Below are positions 9,316 through 19,199 of a DNA stretch of 64,000 nt, in pieces (the first letter of the stretch is position 1; each line of letters starts with the position of its first letter). The DNA comes from Armatimonadota bacterium (GTDB lineage Bacteria > Sysuimicrobiota > Sysuimicrobiia > Sysuimicrobiales > Kaftiobacteriaceae). The notes below the pieces were generated by a model. It made no database searches, was not told the DNA's origin, and saw only the letters and a list, made by a program, of their open reading frames with translations. The DNA lies in assembly GCA_037440005.1 (NCBI GenBank), contig JBBIUY010000011.1:11738-75737 (forward strand), in the 5' to 3' direction. A program made the translations under genes and the position numbers.

Positions 9316-9929
9316 TGGGAGCGGCGGTGGTGCTGCTGGGCTACCTGGTGGGGTCGGTGCCCACGGGCCTGCTGGTGGTGCGGGCGCTGACCGGCACCGA
9401 CATCCGGCGGGCCGGCAGCGGCAACATCGGGACCGTCAACGTGCTGCGCGTGGCCGGGGCGGCGGCCGGAGCGCTGGTCCTGGCCGTGGACGTGGCCAAG
9501 GGTCTGCTGCCCGTCCTCCTGGCCCGGTCGGCGGGCCAGCCGGTCCCGGTGCAGGCGGCGGCCGGGCTGGCCGCCGTGGCCGGGCACAACTGGTCGGTGT
9601 TCCTGCGTCTGGGCGGGGGCAAAGGCGTGGCGACCTCCCTGGGAGTTCTGGCGGGCCTGTCCCCTGTGGCGGCGGCCGTGGCGGCGGGGGTGTGGCTGGG
9701 GGTGGTGGCCGCCACCCGGTACGCCTCCGCCGGTTCGCTGCTGGCCCTGGCGGCGGCGGCGGTGACGATGCTCGCGCGTACAGAGCCGGCGCCCCACCTC
9801 CTTGCCGGGGCCGCGCTGGGCGCCCTGGCCCTGTGGCGCCACCGGGCCAACCTCGCGCGCCTGCGGGACGGGACCGAACTGACCCTCACCGGACGGTCGC
9901 CGACTGGCCGGCGCGGGACGGGGGCATAG
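9312..9929 (+). CDS. plsY: Glycerol-3-phosphate acyltransferase
   Basis: GYLVGS.PTG, GSGNIG..N, DVAKG, GHNW, GGKGVAT, HRAN..RL..GTE. Confidence 0.93.
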   Translation: MMGAAVVLLGYLVGSVPTGLLVVRALTGTDIRRAGSGNIGTVNVLRVAGAAAGALVLAVDVAKGLLPVLLARSAGQPVPVQAAAGLAAVAGHNWSVFLRLGGGKGVATSLGVLAGLSPVAAAVAAGVWLGVVAATRYASAGSLLALAAAAVTMLARTEPAPHLLAGAALGALALWRHRANLARLRDGTELTLTGRSPTGRRGTGA

Positions 9930-9936
9930 GGAGGAT

Positions 9937-10539
9937 GTGAGCGACATGACGGTTCCCGACCTGCGAGTCCAGTTGCTGGCTCTGGCGGTCCTGCTGCTGC
10001 TGGTGGCCGTGCTCGTGCTGCGCCGGGTTCTGGCCCGGCGCACGGCCGACCGGGCGCTGCGGGACCCTCTGACGGGCGTGTACACCGCCGACTTCATGCG
10101 CGAGGTGTACCAGGCCGAGCTGCGCCGCGCCGAGCGCACCGGCGTGCCCTTTTCGGTGGCCCTGGCGGCCCTGTGGGACGAGGGAGGGACCGCCCGCCCG
10201 CTGCCGGCCGACGCGGACGTGGCGGCGGCCCGGTGGTTGCGGGAGAGCCTGCGCGGCAGCGACTACATCGGCCGGCTGGGCGCCGGGCGGTTTGCCATCG
10301 TCCTCCCCGAGACCTGGGAGGAAGACGCCCGCATCGTCCTGGCCCGCATCGACCGGTCGTTCCGGTACCGGCCCCGGGGCGGGCCGGACCGCTGGCTGAC
10401 GTGCAGCGTGGGGATGGCCACCTGGAGCCCCGAGCAGCCGCACGCCTGGGAGGAGGCCGAGCGAATCCTGGACCAGGCGCTGCGCACGGCCCGCCAGCCC
10501 TCCGGGTCCCTGGCGCCCACCCACCTGCCCCCTGCCTGA
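9937..10539 (+). CDS. Membrane-anchored degenerate GGDEF-like protein
   Basis: N-terminal TM, DPLTG, LRGSD.IGRLGAGRFAIVLP, TCSVG. Confidence 0.7.
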   Translation: MSDMTVPDLRVQLLALAVLLLLVAVLVLRRVLARRTADRALRDPLTGVYTADFMREVYQAELRRAERTGVPFSVALAALWDEGGTARPLPADADVAAARWLRESLRGSDYIGRLGAGRFAIVLPETWEEDARIVLARIDRSFRYRPRGGPDRWLTCSVGMATWSPEQPHAWEEAERILDQALRTARQPSGSLAPTHLPPA

Positions 10540-10586
10540 CGGCTCCTGTTCCCCGGCCCGCGCGATCCCGCTATAATCAACGGTGT

Positions 10587-10662
10587 CGGGCCGTGGCGCA
10601 GATGGGAGCGCGCTTCCTTGGGGTGGAAGAGGTCGCCGGTTCAAGTCCGGCCGGCCCGACCA
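10587..10662 (+). tRNA. tRNA-Pro(GGG)
   Basis: Acceptor CGGGCCG/CGGCCCG, anticodon arm CTTCC-TTGGGGT-GGAAG, GGTTCAAGTCC T-arm, encoded CCA; TATAAT at 10572-10577. Confidence 0.96.
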
Positions 10663-10672
10663 GCGCGTGGTC

Positions 10673-11857
10673 ATGGCGGTGCCGCGGCTGCGCCCCGTTG
10701 AGGCCTATCCCGTCCGCATTCACGGCCGTTCCCTGATCTGCCTGCGGGACCCCGACGGCATCCTCGACGAGCCGGTCTTCCTGCCGCCCCGCACGTTTTT
10801 GATCGCCTCCTTGCTGGACGGCCGCGCCGACGTGGTGGACGTCCAGGCCGCCTTCGCCCGGCAGACCGGCGGCGAACTGCTGCTGTCCAACGAGGTGGCC
10901 CGGGTCGTCGAGGAGCTGGACCGCCTGGGCCTGCTGGACTCCGAGGCGTTCCGCCGGCGGCGCCGCGACCTGGAGGCCCGGTTCCGGGCGGCCCCGGTGC
11001 GGCCCGCCCGCTTCGCCGGTCGGTCCTATCCGGCCGACCCGCAGGTCCTGCGGGCCGAGTTGGACGGCTACCTGTCCGCGGTGCGCGAGGACGAGCTGGC
11101 AGGCTTGGCGCCCCGGGGGGTCATCGCGCCCCACATCGACTTCGCCCGCGGCGGGTGGTGCTACGCCTGGGCGCACCGGGCCCTGGCCGCCGCCTCCTCC
11201 CGGCGCGTGCTGATCCTGGGGGTGGCCCACGGCGGGGCGGCGCAGCCGTTCGTCCTCACCCGCAAACCGTTTGCCACTCCCCTGGGGACGGTGCCGGTGG
11301 ACCGGGAGGTGGCCGACCTGCTGGAGGCGCGCCTGGGCGACCTCTGCGCCGGGGAGTTCGCGCACCGGGCCGAACACTCCATCGAGTTCCAGGTGGTGTT
11401 CCTCCAGCACCTGTCCTCCCCGCCGCCGGCCATCGTGCCCGTGCTGTGCGCCCCGGGGGCCGCCGACGGCCCGTCCCCCCGGGGCCAGGCCGCGGTGGAG
11501 CGGTTTGTGGACGCCGTCCGGGAGGCGATGGCCTCCGGGGACCTGGCGGTCCTGGCCAGCGTGGACTTCAGCCACGTGGGCCCGCGCTTCGGCGACCCCG
11601 AGCCCGCCGACCGGGCCCTGGCGGTCCGGACCGCAGCCGGCGACCGCGCGCTGCTTGAGGCCATCTGCTCCGGCGACGCCGAGGCGTTCTGGGCGGAGGT
11701 GTCCAGGGACGGCAACCCCCGCCGGGTGGACGCGGCGTGGCCGGTCTACGTGGCGCTGCGCATCCTGCACCCGTGCCGGGGGCGGCTCCTCCGCTACGGC
11801 CAGGCCCCCGACCCCGCCGGGGGCCTGGTGTCCTTCGCCAGCGTGGCCCTCCTGTAA
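10673..11857 (+). CDS. MEMO1 / AmmeMemoRadiSam protein B family with N-terminal extension
   Basis: [28 protein letters not shown]. Confidence 0.85.
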   Translation: MAVPRLRPVEAYPVRIHGRSLICLRDPDGILDEPVFLPPRTFLIASLLDGRADVVDVQAAFARQTGGELLLSNEVARVVEELDRLGLLDSEAFRRRRRDLEARFRAAPVRPARFAGRSYPADPQVLRAELDGYLSAVREDELAGLAPRGVIAPHIDFARGGWCYAWAHRALAAASSRRVLILGVAHGGAAQPFVLTRKPFATPLGTVPVDREVADLLEARLGDLCAGEFAHRAEHSIEFQVVFLQHLSSPPPAIVPVLCAPGAADGPSPRGQAAVERFVDAVREAMASGDLAVLASVDFSHVGPRFGDPEPADRALAVRTAAGDRALLEAICSGDAEAFWAEVSRDGNPRRVDAAWPVYVALRILHPCRGRLLRYGQAPDPAGGLVSFASVALL

Positions 11858-11933
11858 GGCGACAGGGGCCCGGCCGGGCGCCGGCGTAGTGAGAGAGAAA
11901 ACCCTCACGACCTGCGCCGGGGGAGGGGGACCC

Positions 11934-13889
11934 ATGGGAGAGCGGACCATCGAGGCCCTGTTGATGGAGGACCGTACCTTCCCGCCGCCCGAGGAGTTCC
12001 GCCGGAGGGCCGTCGTCAGCGACCCGCGGGTGTACGAGGAGGCCGAGCGCGACCTGGAAGGGTTCTGGGCCCGGGCGGCGTCGGAACTGCACTGGTTCCG
12101 CCCGTGGGACACGGTCTTGGACTGGCAGCCGCCCTACGCCCGCTGGTTCGTCGGCGGGCAGACCAACCTGGCCTACTACTGCGTGGACCGCCACGTGCGC
12201 GCGGGACGGCGCACCAAGGCGGCGCTGATCTGGGAGGGGGAGCCCGGCGACGACCGGGTCCTGACCTACGGCGACCTGGACCGGGAGGTCAACCGGTTCG
12301 CGGGCGTGCTGCGGGAGCTGGGGGTGCGCCGGGGCGACCGGGTGGCCATCTACCTGCCGATGATCCCCGAGCTGCCCATCGCCATGCTGGCCTGCGCCCG
12401 CATCGGCGCCGCTCACACGGTGGTCTTCGGAGGCTTTTCGGCCGAGGCGCTGCGGGACCGGATCCTCGACGCCCGGGCCACCGTGCTCGTCACCGCCGAC
12501 GGCGGCTGGCGGCGGGGCCAGGTGGTGCCTCTCAAGCGCAACGCCGACGAGGCCCTGGAGGGAGCGCCGGACGTCCGGCACGTGGTGGTGGTGCGGCGGG
12601 TGGGGGAGGCGGCTCCCGTCCCGATGCGGCCGGGCAGGGACCACTGGTGGCACGAGCTGATGGCGTCCGCCCCGCGGCGGGTAGAGCCCGAGGCGATGGA
12701 CAGCGAGGACCTGCTGTACATCCTGTACGCCAGCGGCACCACCGGCAAGCCCAAGGGCATCGTGCACACCACCGGCGGCTACATGGTGGGGACCTACCTG
12801 ACCACCAAGTGGGTCTTCGACCTGCACGACGACGACGTCTACTGGTGCACCGCCGACATCGGGTGGGTCACCGGGCACTCCTACATCGTCTACGGCCCGC
12901 TGGCCAACGGCGCCAGCGTGGTGATGTACGAGGGCAGCCCCGACTACCCGGACCGGGACCGGTTCTGGGCCATCGTGGAAAAGTACGGGGTGACCATCCT
13001 GTACACCGCCCCCACCGCCATCCGCACCTTCATGAAGTGGGGACCCCGGTTCCCCGCCCGGCGGGACCTGTCCACCCTGCGGCTGCTGGGCACCGTGGGC
13101 GAGCCCATCAACCCCGAGGCGTGGGTGTGGTACTACCGCCACATCGGCGGCGAGCGGTGCCCCATCGTGGACACCTGGTGGCAGACCGAGACGGGGATGA
13201 TCCTGATCACCCCGCTGCCCGGCCTCACCACCCTCAAACCGGGGTCGGCCACCCGGCCGTTTCCCGGCGTGGCCGCCGAGGTGGTGGACGACGCGGGGCG
13301 CCCGGTGTGGCCCGGGCAGGGCGGGTACCTGGTGCTGACCCGGCCCTGGCCGGCGATGCTGCGGGGGATCTACGGGGACCCCCGGCGCTACGAGCAGCAG
13401 TACTGGGGCCGCTTCCCCGGCGTCTACTTCACCGGGGACGGCGCCAAAAAGGACGCCGACGGGGACTTCTGGCTGCTGGGGCGGGTGGACGACGTGATCA
13501 ACGTGGCCGGCCACCGCATCGGCACCTACGAGGTGGAGTCGGCCCTGGTGGACCACCCGGCGGTGGCCGAGGCGGCGGTGGTGGGGGTGGCCCACGAGAT
13601 CAAGGGACAGGCCATCGCCGCCTTCGTCACCCTCAAGGAGGGCCAGCAGGCGTCCAACCCGGCCACCGTCGAGGCGCTGCGGGAGCACGTGGTGCGCAAG
13701 ATCGGCGCCCTCGCCCGCCCCGAGCGCATCCTGTTCACCGCCGAGCTGCCCAAGACCCGCAGCGGCAAGATCATGCGCCGGCTCCTGCGGGACATCGCCG
13801 AAGGCCGGGTGCTGGGGGACACCACGACCCTGGCCGACCCGTCGGTGGTGGCGGCCCTCAAGCAGCGCTACGAGGAGGAAGCCGGCTAG
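11934..13889 (+). CDS. acs: Acetyl-CoA synthetase (acetate-CoA ligase)
   Basis: [44 protein letters not shown]. Confidence 0.96.
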   Translation: MGERTIEALLMEDRTFPPPEEFRRRAVVSDPRVYEEAERDLEGFWARAASELHWFRPWDTVLDWQPPYARWFVGGQTNLAYYCVDRHVRAGRRTKAALIWEGEPGDDRVLTYGDLDREVNRFAGVLRELGVRRGDRVAIYLPMIPELPIAMLACARIGAAHTVVFGGFSAEALRDRILDARATVLVTADGGWRRGQVVPLKRNADEALEGAPDVRHVVVVRRVGEAAPVPMRPGRDHWWHELMASAPRRVEPEAMDSEDLLYILYASGTTGKPKGIVHTTGGYMVGTYLTTKWVFDLHDDDVYWCTADIGWVTGHSYIVYGPLANGASVVMYEGSPDYPDRDRFWAIVEKYGVTILYTAPTAIRTFMKWGPRFPARRDLSTLRLLGTVGEPINPEAWVWYYRHIGGERCPIVDTWWQTETGMILITPLPGLTTLKPGSATRPFPGVAAEVVDDAGRPVWPGQGGYLVLTRPWPAMLRGIYGDPRRYEQQYWGRFPGVYFTGDGAKKDADGDFWLLGRVDDVINVAGHRIGTYEVESALVDHPAVAEAAVVGVAHEIKGQAIAAFVTLKEGQQASNPATVEALREHVVRKIGALARPERILFTAELPKTRSGKIMRRLLRDIAEGRVLGDTTTLADPSVVAALKQRYEEEAG

Positions 13890-13956
13890 AGATCCGCCAA
13901 TAGACATACGGCCGGCCGACGACCGAACCGGCCGACACGCCAGGAGGTGGCAGCGC

Positions 13957-15426
13957 ATGGCAGAGGACCGGCAGGACCGGTGGGTCCGCGTCGCCGACAA
14001 CCGGTGGCGGCGGATCTCCCGGCGGGAGTTCCTCAAGCTGACCGCGGCGGGCGCCGCCGGCGCGGGGCTGGCCGCCAGCGGGTTCGGGTCGCTGCTGACC
14101 ACCATCGTCCGGGCCCAGCAGCGGGAGCTGCGGATCCTGACCTGGAGCCACTTCGTCCCGGCGTTCGACGAGTGGTTCGACCCCTGGGCCCAGCGGTGGG
14201 GCCAGAGCAAGGGGATCCGGGTCACGGTGGACCACGTCTCCTTCGCCGACATCCCCCCGCGGGCCAACGCCGAAGTGGCCGCCCAGCAGGGCCACGACCT
14301 GTTCTTCTTCCTCTCGCCGCCGTCGGCGTTCGAGCAGCAGGTCCTGGACCTGACCGACATCAACCAGGAGGCCGAGCGTCGGTACGGCCCCATGGTGCCC
14401 CTGGTCCGCAAGAGCACCTACAACGCCAACACCCGCAAGTTCTTCGGATTCTCGGACAACTGGGTGCCCGACCCCGGCGACTACCTCAAGAGCGTGTGGA
14501 CCGCCGTGGGCTTTCCCAACGGTCCGTCCACCTGGGAGGACCTGCTGACCGCGGGGCGGGAGATCAAGCGCAGGTTCCCGGAGATCCAGATCCCCATCGG
14601 CATCGGGTTCTCCCAGGACATCGACTCCAACATGGCCACCCACGCCATCCTGTGGTCGTTCGGGGCGTCGGAGCAGGACGCCAACGAGAACGTGGTCCTC
14701 AACTCCGAGGAGGCGGTGCGGGCGGTGGAGTTCGGGGCGCGGCTGTTCCGGGAGGTGATGAACCCGGCGGTCCTCAGCTGGAACGCCGCCAGCAACAACC
14801 AGGCCCTCAACGCCCGGCAGACCGCCTACATCCTCAACTCCATCTCCGCCTACCGCACGGCCCAGGACAACCGGCTGCCGGTGGCCGACGACATCCACTT
14901 CGTGCCCGCCCTGCGGGGGCCGCGGGCCCGGTGGGCCAGCGAGCACGTGATGGGCGTGTGGGTCATCTGGAAGTTTGCCCGCAACCCCGACAACGCCAAG
15001 GCGTTCCTGCTGGACCTGGTGGACAACTACCGGGAGGCGGTGATCGCCAGCAAGCTGTACAACTTCCCGTCGTTCATGGGCTCGGTGGCCGCCAAGAGCG
15101 TGCCCGTGGCCCAGAAGCCCGACGAGGGGCGCAAGTGGGTGCGGGCGGCGGTCCTCAACGACCCGTTCGGCAGCAACCCGCGCAACAAGCTGGCGGTCCT
15201 GGCCGACGCCGAGCAGTGGTCCACCAACCCGGGACACCCCGGGCCGGCCAACCCGGCCATCGGGGAGATCTTCGACACCTTCCTGATCCCGGACATGTTC
15301 GCCAAGGCCGCCACCGGCCAGATGACGCCCAAGCAGGCGGTGGAGGAGACCCACCGGCGGGTGAAGGAGATCTTCACCAAGTGGCGCCGGCTGGGATTGG
15401 TGGGGGGAGGGAGCGGAGACCGCTAG
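13957..15426 (+). CDS. Carbohydrate ABC transporter substrate-binding protein with Tat signal
   Basis: SRREFLK twin-arginine motif; first gene of an ABC operon; SD AGGAGGT. Confidence 0.85.
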   Translation: MAEDRQDRWVRVADNRWRRISRREFLKLTAAGAAGAGLAASGFGSLLTTIVRAQQRELRILTWSHFVPAFDEWFDPWAQRWGQSKGIRVTVDHVSFADIPPRANAEVAAQQGHDLFFFLSPPSAFEQQVLDLTDINQEAERRYGPMVPLVRKSTYNANTRKFFGFSDNWVPDPGDYLKSVWTAVGFPNGPSTWEDLLTAGREIKRRFPEIQIPIGIGFSQDIDSNMATHAILWSFGASEQDANENVVLNSEEAVRAVEFGARLFREVMNPAVLSWNAASNNQALNARQTAYILNSISAYRTAQDNRLPVADDIHFVPALRGPRARWASEHVMGVWVIWKFARNPDNAKAFLLDLVDNYREAVIASKLYNFPSFMGSVAAKSVPVAQKPDEGRKWVRAAVLNDPFGSNPRNKLAVLADAEQWSTNPGHPGPANPAIGEIFDTFLIPDMFAKAATGQMTPKQAVEETHRRVKEIFTKWRRLGLVGGGSGDR

Positions 15427-15456
15427 CGCGGGCCCGCCGCAGTCCCGGCGCGACGG

Positions 15457-15510
15457 GGGGATGCGGGACCGTCACGGGCACCCGGGCGGGTGCCGCGGTC
15501 CCGCGTTCCC
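15457..15510 (+). other. Intergenic stem-loop after the SBP gene
   Basis: GGGGATGCGGGACCG...CGGTCCCGCGTTCCC with inner GGCACCC/GGGTGCC stem. Confidence 0.55.
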
Positions 15511-15543
15511 CTGTTCCGGCCTTCCCCCGCCGGGAGGACAGTG

Positions 15544-16581
15544 ATGGCGTACGTGGAGACGCGCAACCTGCACAAGCACTTCGGGGAGGTCCGCGCCGTC
15601 GACGGCGTGGACCTGGCGGTCCGCGAGGGCGAGCTGCTGGTCCTGCTGGGCCCGTCGGGGTGCGGCAAGACCACCCTGATGCGGATGATCGCCGGACTGG
15701 AGCAGCCCACCGCCGGCGAGATCTACATCGCCGGCGAGCGGGTGGATGCCGACGTGCCCCCCCGCGCCCGGGGGGTGGCCATGGTCTTCCAGAGCTACGC
15801 CCTGTACCCCCACAAGACCGCCTTCGGCAACATCGCCTTCCCCCTGGAGGCCCTGGGGCGCCCGCCGGCGGCCATCGGGGACGCGGTGCGCAAGGCCGCG
15901 GGCATGTTCGGCATCGGCCACCTGCTGGGCCGCCGGCCCCGCCAGCTGTCCGGGGGCGAGCGCCAGCGGGTGGCTTTGGCCCGGGCGGTGGTGCGGTCGC
16001 CCCGGGTGTTCCTGTTCGACGAGCCCCTGTCCAACCTGGACGCCAAGCTGCGGGCGGTGGCCCGGTTTGAGCTCAAGCAGTTCCAGCGCCAGATCGGGAC
16101 CACCACCATCTACGTGACCCACGACCAGGTGGAGGCCATGGGGCTGGGCGACCGCATCGCCGTCATGGACCGGGGCAAGGTGCGCCAGGTGGGCACCCCC
16201 CAGGAGGTCTACGACAACCCGGCCGACACCTTCGTGGCCACGTTTTTGGGGTCGCCGCCGATGAACCTGGTGGAGTGGGGCGCCGACACGCTGCTGGGGT
16301 TCCGTCCCGAGTCGTTCCAGCCCCGGGCGGTCTTCGGCCCCGACGAGGACCTGCTCACCCTGCGCCTGCGGGTGCGGGAGGTGGAGCACCTGGGGTCCAG
16401 CCGCCTGGTGTACGGGACGCTGGAGGAGCGGGCCCGGTCGGACCAGCCGGTGATCGCCGACCTCCCGGTCACGGTGACGACCCCCATCGCCGAGGGCGAG
16501 GTGTACGACTTCGCCGTCCGGCGCGCCGCCCTGCGCTACTTCGACGCCCGGACCGGGCTGCGCCGCCATGGCCCTGCGTAG
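15544..16581 (+). CDS. Sugar ABC transporter ATP-binding protein (MalK/UgpC-like)
   Basis: GPSGCGKT, LSGGERQRVALAR, DEPLSNLDAKLR, YVTHDQ. Confidence 0.93.
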   Translation: MAYVETRNLHKHFGEVRAVDGVDLAVREGELLVLLGPSGCGKTTLMRMIAGLEQPTAGEIYIAGERVDADVPPRARGVAMVFQSYALYPHKTAFGNIAFPLEALGRPPAAIGDAVRKAAGMFGIGHLLGRRPRQLSGGERQRVALARAVVRSPRVFLFDEPLSNLDAKLRAVARFELKQFQRQIGTTTIYVTHDQVEAMGLGDRIAVMDRGKVRQVGTPQEVYDNPADTFVATFLGSPPMNLVEWGADTLLGFRPESFQPRAVFGPDEDLLTLRLRVREVEHLGSSRLVYGTLEERARSDQPVIADLPVTVTTPIAEGEVYDFAVRRAALRYFDARTGLRRHGPA

Positions 16582-17506
16582 GGAGGCGGCGGTGCCCGCC
16601 GCGGCGGTGGCCGTCCGGCGCCGCACGGCGGGGGACCGGGAGGACCTGCTGGGCCGGCTGATGCTGGCCCCGGCCCTGGCGTACGTGATCCTCCTGGTGG
16701 GTGCGCCCCTGGTCCTGGCCGTCCTGCTGAGCTTCACCTCGGCTACCGCCGGCAGCCTGACCTTCACCTGGGTGGGCCTGGCCAACTTCAGCCGGCTCGT
16801 CCGGGACAGCCAGTTCCAGCTGGCCCTGCGCAACACCGTGGTGTTCACCCTGGTCTCCCAGGCCCTGGTGATCGTCCTGGCGGTGACGGCCGCCCACGTG
16901 CTGGACGCGGCGTTCGTGGGCCGGCGGGCGGTCCGGTTCCTGCTCCTGCTGCCCTGGGCGGCGCCCGTGTCCCTGGCGGCCATGGCGTGGACGTGGATCT
17001 TCGACTCCACCTTCAGCGTCATCAACTGGACCCTGAAGGTGGCCGGGCTGCTCCGGGGCTGGCTGTACTGGTTCGGGGACCCCACCCTGGCCATGATCGC
17101 CATCATCACGGTGCACGTGTGGCGCATGTTCCCCTTCGCCACCGTGGTGGTCCTGGCGGGCATGAGCGCCATCCCCCAGGACATCCGGGAGGCGGCCGTC
17201 ATCGACGGCGCCGGATTCTTCCGCCGGCTGGTCTCCGTCCAGCTGCCCCTGCTGCTGCCCATCGTGACCGTGTCGGTCCTGTTCGGGGTGGTGTTCACCT
17301 CCACCGACCTGGGGGTGGTGTGGCTGCTGACCCGGGGCGGACCCTACAACAGCACCCACGTCCTGTCCACCCTGGCGTTCCAGCGGGGCATCCTGGGCGC
17401 CAGCCTGGGGCAGGGGGCGGCGGTGGCGCTGTTCCTGCTGCCGGTGCTGGTGGTGGTGGCGGCGGTGATGCTGCGGGTGGCCCGGCGGGCGGAGGTGGGC
17501 GCATGA
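16568..17506 (+). CDS. Sugar ABC transporter permease (MalF-like)
   Basis: Multiple TMs, EAAVIDGA loop. Confidence 0.9.
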   Translation: MALRREAAVPAAAVAVRRRTAGDREDLLGRLMLAPALAYVILLVGAPLVLAVLLSFTSATAGSLTFTWVGLANFSRLVRDSQFQLALRNTVVFTLVSQALVIVLAVTAAHVLDAAFVGRRAVRFLLLLPWAAPVSLAAMAWTWIFDSTFSVINWTLKVAGLLRGWLYWFGDPTLAMIAIITVHVWRMFPFATVVVLAGMSAIPQDIREAAVIDGAGFFRRLVSVQLPLLLPIVTVSVLFGVVFTSTDLGVVWLLTRGGPYNSTHVLSTLAFQRGILGASLGQGAAVALFLLPVLVVVAAVMLRVARRAEVGA

Positions 17507-18372
17507 GGGCGCGCCGCCGGCGGGTGTGGCGGGCGGTGCAGCGGGTGGCCCTGTACGGGGCGGCGCTGGCCTTCACGGTCTTCGCCGTCTTCCCCTTCTA
17601 CTGGATGCTGCTCACCGCGTTCAAGACCAACCGCGACCTGTACGTGGGCGCCACGGACCTGTCCCACATCCCGTGGATCTTCAACGAGCCCCCGACCCTG
17701 GACCACATCCGGCTGCTGCTCACCCAGACGCCCTACCTGGTCTGGGTCAAGAACACGGCACTGGTCGGCGCCCTGGTGGTGGCGATCACCCTGCTGGCGG
17801 CCGTGCCGGCCGGCTACAGCCTGGCCCGGCTGTCCGGCCGGTGGGGGGAGCGGCTGGGGATCGCCATCTTCCTGACCTACCTGATCCCGCCCACCCTGCT
17901 GTTCATCCCCTTCAGCCGGGTGATCGCCCTGCTGGGCCTGCAGAACTCCCTGTGGGCCCTGGTCCTGGTGTACCCCACCTTCACCATCCCCTTCTGCACG
18001 TGGCTGATGATGGGGTTCTTCCGGTCGGTCCCGCGGGACATCGAGGAACAGGGGATGGTGGACGGCTACAGCCGGGCGGGCGTCATCCGGCGGGTGGTCC
18101 TGCCCCTGGCGGTGTCGGGCATCCTCACGGTGGTCATCTTCGCGTTCACCCTGGTGATGCAGGACTTCGTGTACGCCCTGACCTTCATCAGCTCGGTGGG
18201 CCGGATGACCGTCAGCCTGGGGGTCCCGGTGGCCCTGGTGCGGGGGGATGTGTTCTACTGGGGCTCGCTGATGGCGGCCTGCCTGATCACCAGCATCCCC
18301 CTGGCCGTGATCTACAACCTGTTCATCGACCGGTTCATCGCCGGTCTCACCGCCGGCGCCCTGAAGGGATAG
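17503..18372 (+). CDS. Sugar ABC transporter permease (MalG-like)
   Basis: FPFYWM, EEQGMVDG loop, C-terminal GLTAGALKG. Confidence 0.9.
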   Translation: MRARRRRVWRAVQRVALYGAALAFTVFAVFPFYWMLLTAFKTNRDLYVGATDLSHIPWIFNEPPTLDHIRLLLTQTPYLVWVKNTALVGALVVAITLLAAVPAGYSLARLSGRWGERLGIAIFLTYLIPPTLLFIPFSRVIALLGLQNSLWALVLVYPTFTIPFCTWLMMGFFRSVPRDIEEQGMVDGYSRAGVIRRVVLPLAVSGILTVVIFAFTLVMQDFVYALTFISSVGRMTVSLGVPVALVRGDVFYWGSLMAACLITSIPLAVIYNLFIDRFIAGLTAGALKG

Positions 18373-18415
18373 GGCCTGCACCGCCGCCGTCCCGGCAGGC
18401 GCCGCGGGGGAAGGT

Positions 18416-18444
18416 TTGACAGCGGCGGCCGCCGCGGGTATAGT
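18416..18444 (+). promoter_or_regulatory. Sigma70-type promoter
   Basis: TTGACA-17-TATAGT. Confidence 0.7.
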
Positions 18445-18459
18445 ACGTCGGAGCGCGGG

Positions 18460-18942
18460 GTGGTCTCTGTGGCCCAGGTGACGGCGACGGCGGTGATCCG
18501 GGCTCCCCTGCAGGAGGTGTACCGGCAGGCCCAGGACGTGGAGGCGTTTCCCTCCTTCATGCCCGACCTGCAGTCGGTCCGGGTCCTGGCCCGGGAGGGG
18601 AACCGGACGGTCACCGAGTGGGTGGGCGTGATCCAGGGCCGGCGGGTGCGCTGGGTGGAGGAGGACGAGTGGGACGACGTCGCCCACCGGTGCGCCTTCC
18701 GCCAGCGGGAGGGGGACTTCACCCGCTACGAGGGCGTCTGGACGTTCGCGCCCGTCCCCGAGGGCACCCGGACCACGCTGACGGTGGACTTCGAGCTGGA
18801 CCTGCCCCTGGCGGGGCCGTTGCTGTCTACCCTGCTGCGGACCCTGGTGCGCAAGAACATGGAGAGCATGCTGGAGGCCCTGCGCCTCCGGCTGGAAGGG
18901 GGCGCCGGGGCGTCCCCGTCACACCGTGGGGGAGGTGGATGA
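18460..18942 (+). CDS. SRPBCC/polyketide cyclase-dehydrase (START-like) protein
   Basis: DVEAFPSFMP, GDFTRYEGVW. Confidence 0.85.
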   Translation: MVSVAQVTATAVIRAPLQEVYRQAQDVEAFPSFMPDLQSVRVLAREGNRTVTEWVGVIQGRRVRWVEEDEWDDVAHRCAFRQREGDFTRYEGVWTFAPVPEGTRTTLTVDFELDLPLAGPLLSTLLRTLVRKNMESMLEALRLRLEGGAGASPSHRGGGG

Positions 18943-19082
18943 TGCGCGCGGTGGTGGACCATCTGGTGGCGGCTGTACGCGCCCGCCTGCGCGACGAGCG
19001 CGGGCAGGACGTGATCGTCGTCCTGCTGATCATCTTCCTCATCTGGCTGCTGGTCACGGGCCGGCAGGTCGTGGTCCAGTAG
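18939..19082 (+). CDS. 47-aa membrane mini-protein with prepilin-like leader
   Basis: SD GGAGGT; RLRDERG|Q followed by a hydrophobic helix; terminator follows. Confidence 0.7.
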   Translation: MMRAVVDHLVAAVRARLRDERGQDVIVVLLIIFLIWLLVTGRQVVVQ

Positions 19083-19091
19083 CGGCGGGGC

Positions 19092-19125
19092 GGCCTTAGG
19101 GAGCGTCCCTCCCTAAGGCCTTTTT
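19092..19125 (+). terminator. Rho-independent terminator
   Basis: GGCCTTAGGGAG-cgtcc-CTCCCTAAGGCC-TTTTT. Confidence 0.9.
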
Positions 19126-19199
19126 GTGCCGCCGGGGGGGCAGGGTGTCGGGGGAGGCGAGAACCCGCCGGGTCGCGGGCGGACACTATAGGAGATACC

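Noticed and set aside
10587..10700. tRNA-Pro or selC as integration sites
   Set aside because: No integrase and no duplicated tRNA 3' end was seen
11568..14417. Long alternative-frame and antisense ORFs (also 1138..3807, 25826..28561, 60879..62747 and others)
   Set aside because: They overlap well-supported genes, are rich in Arg/Pro/Gly/Ala, have no motifs, and are expected from stop-codon scarcity
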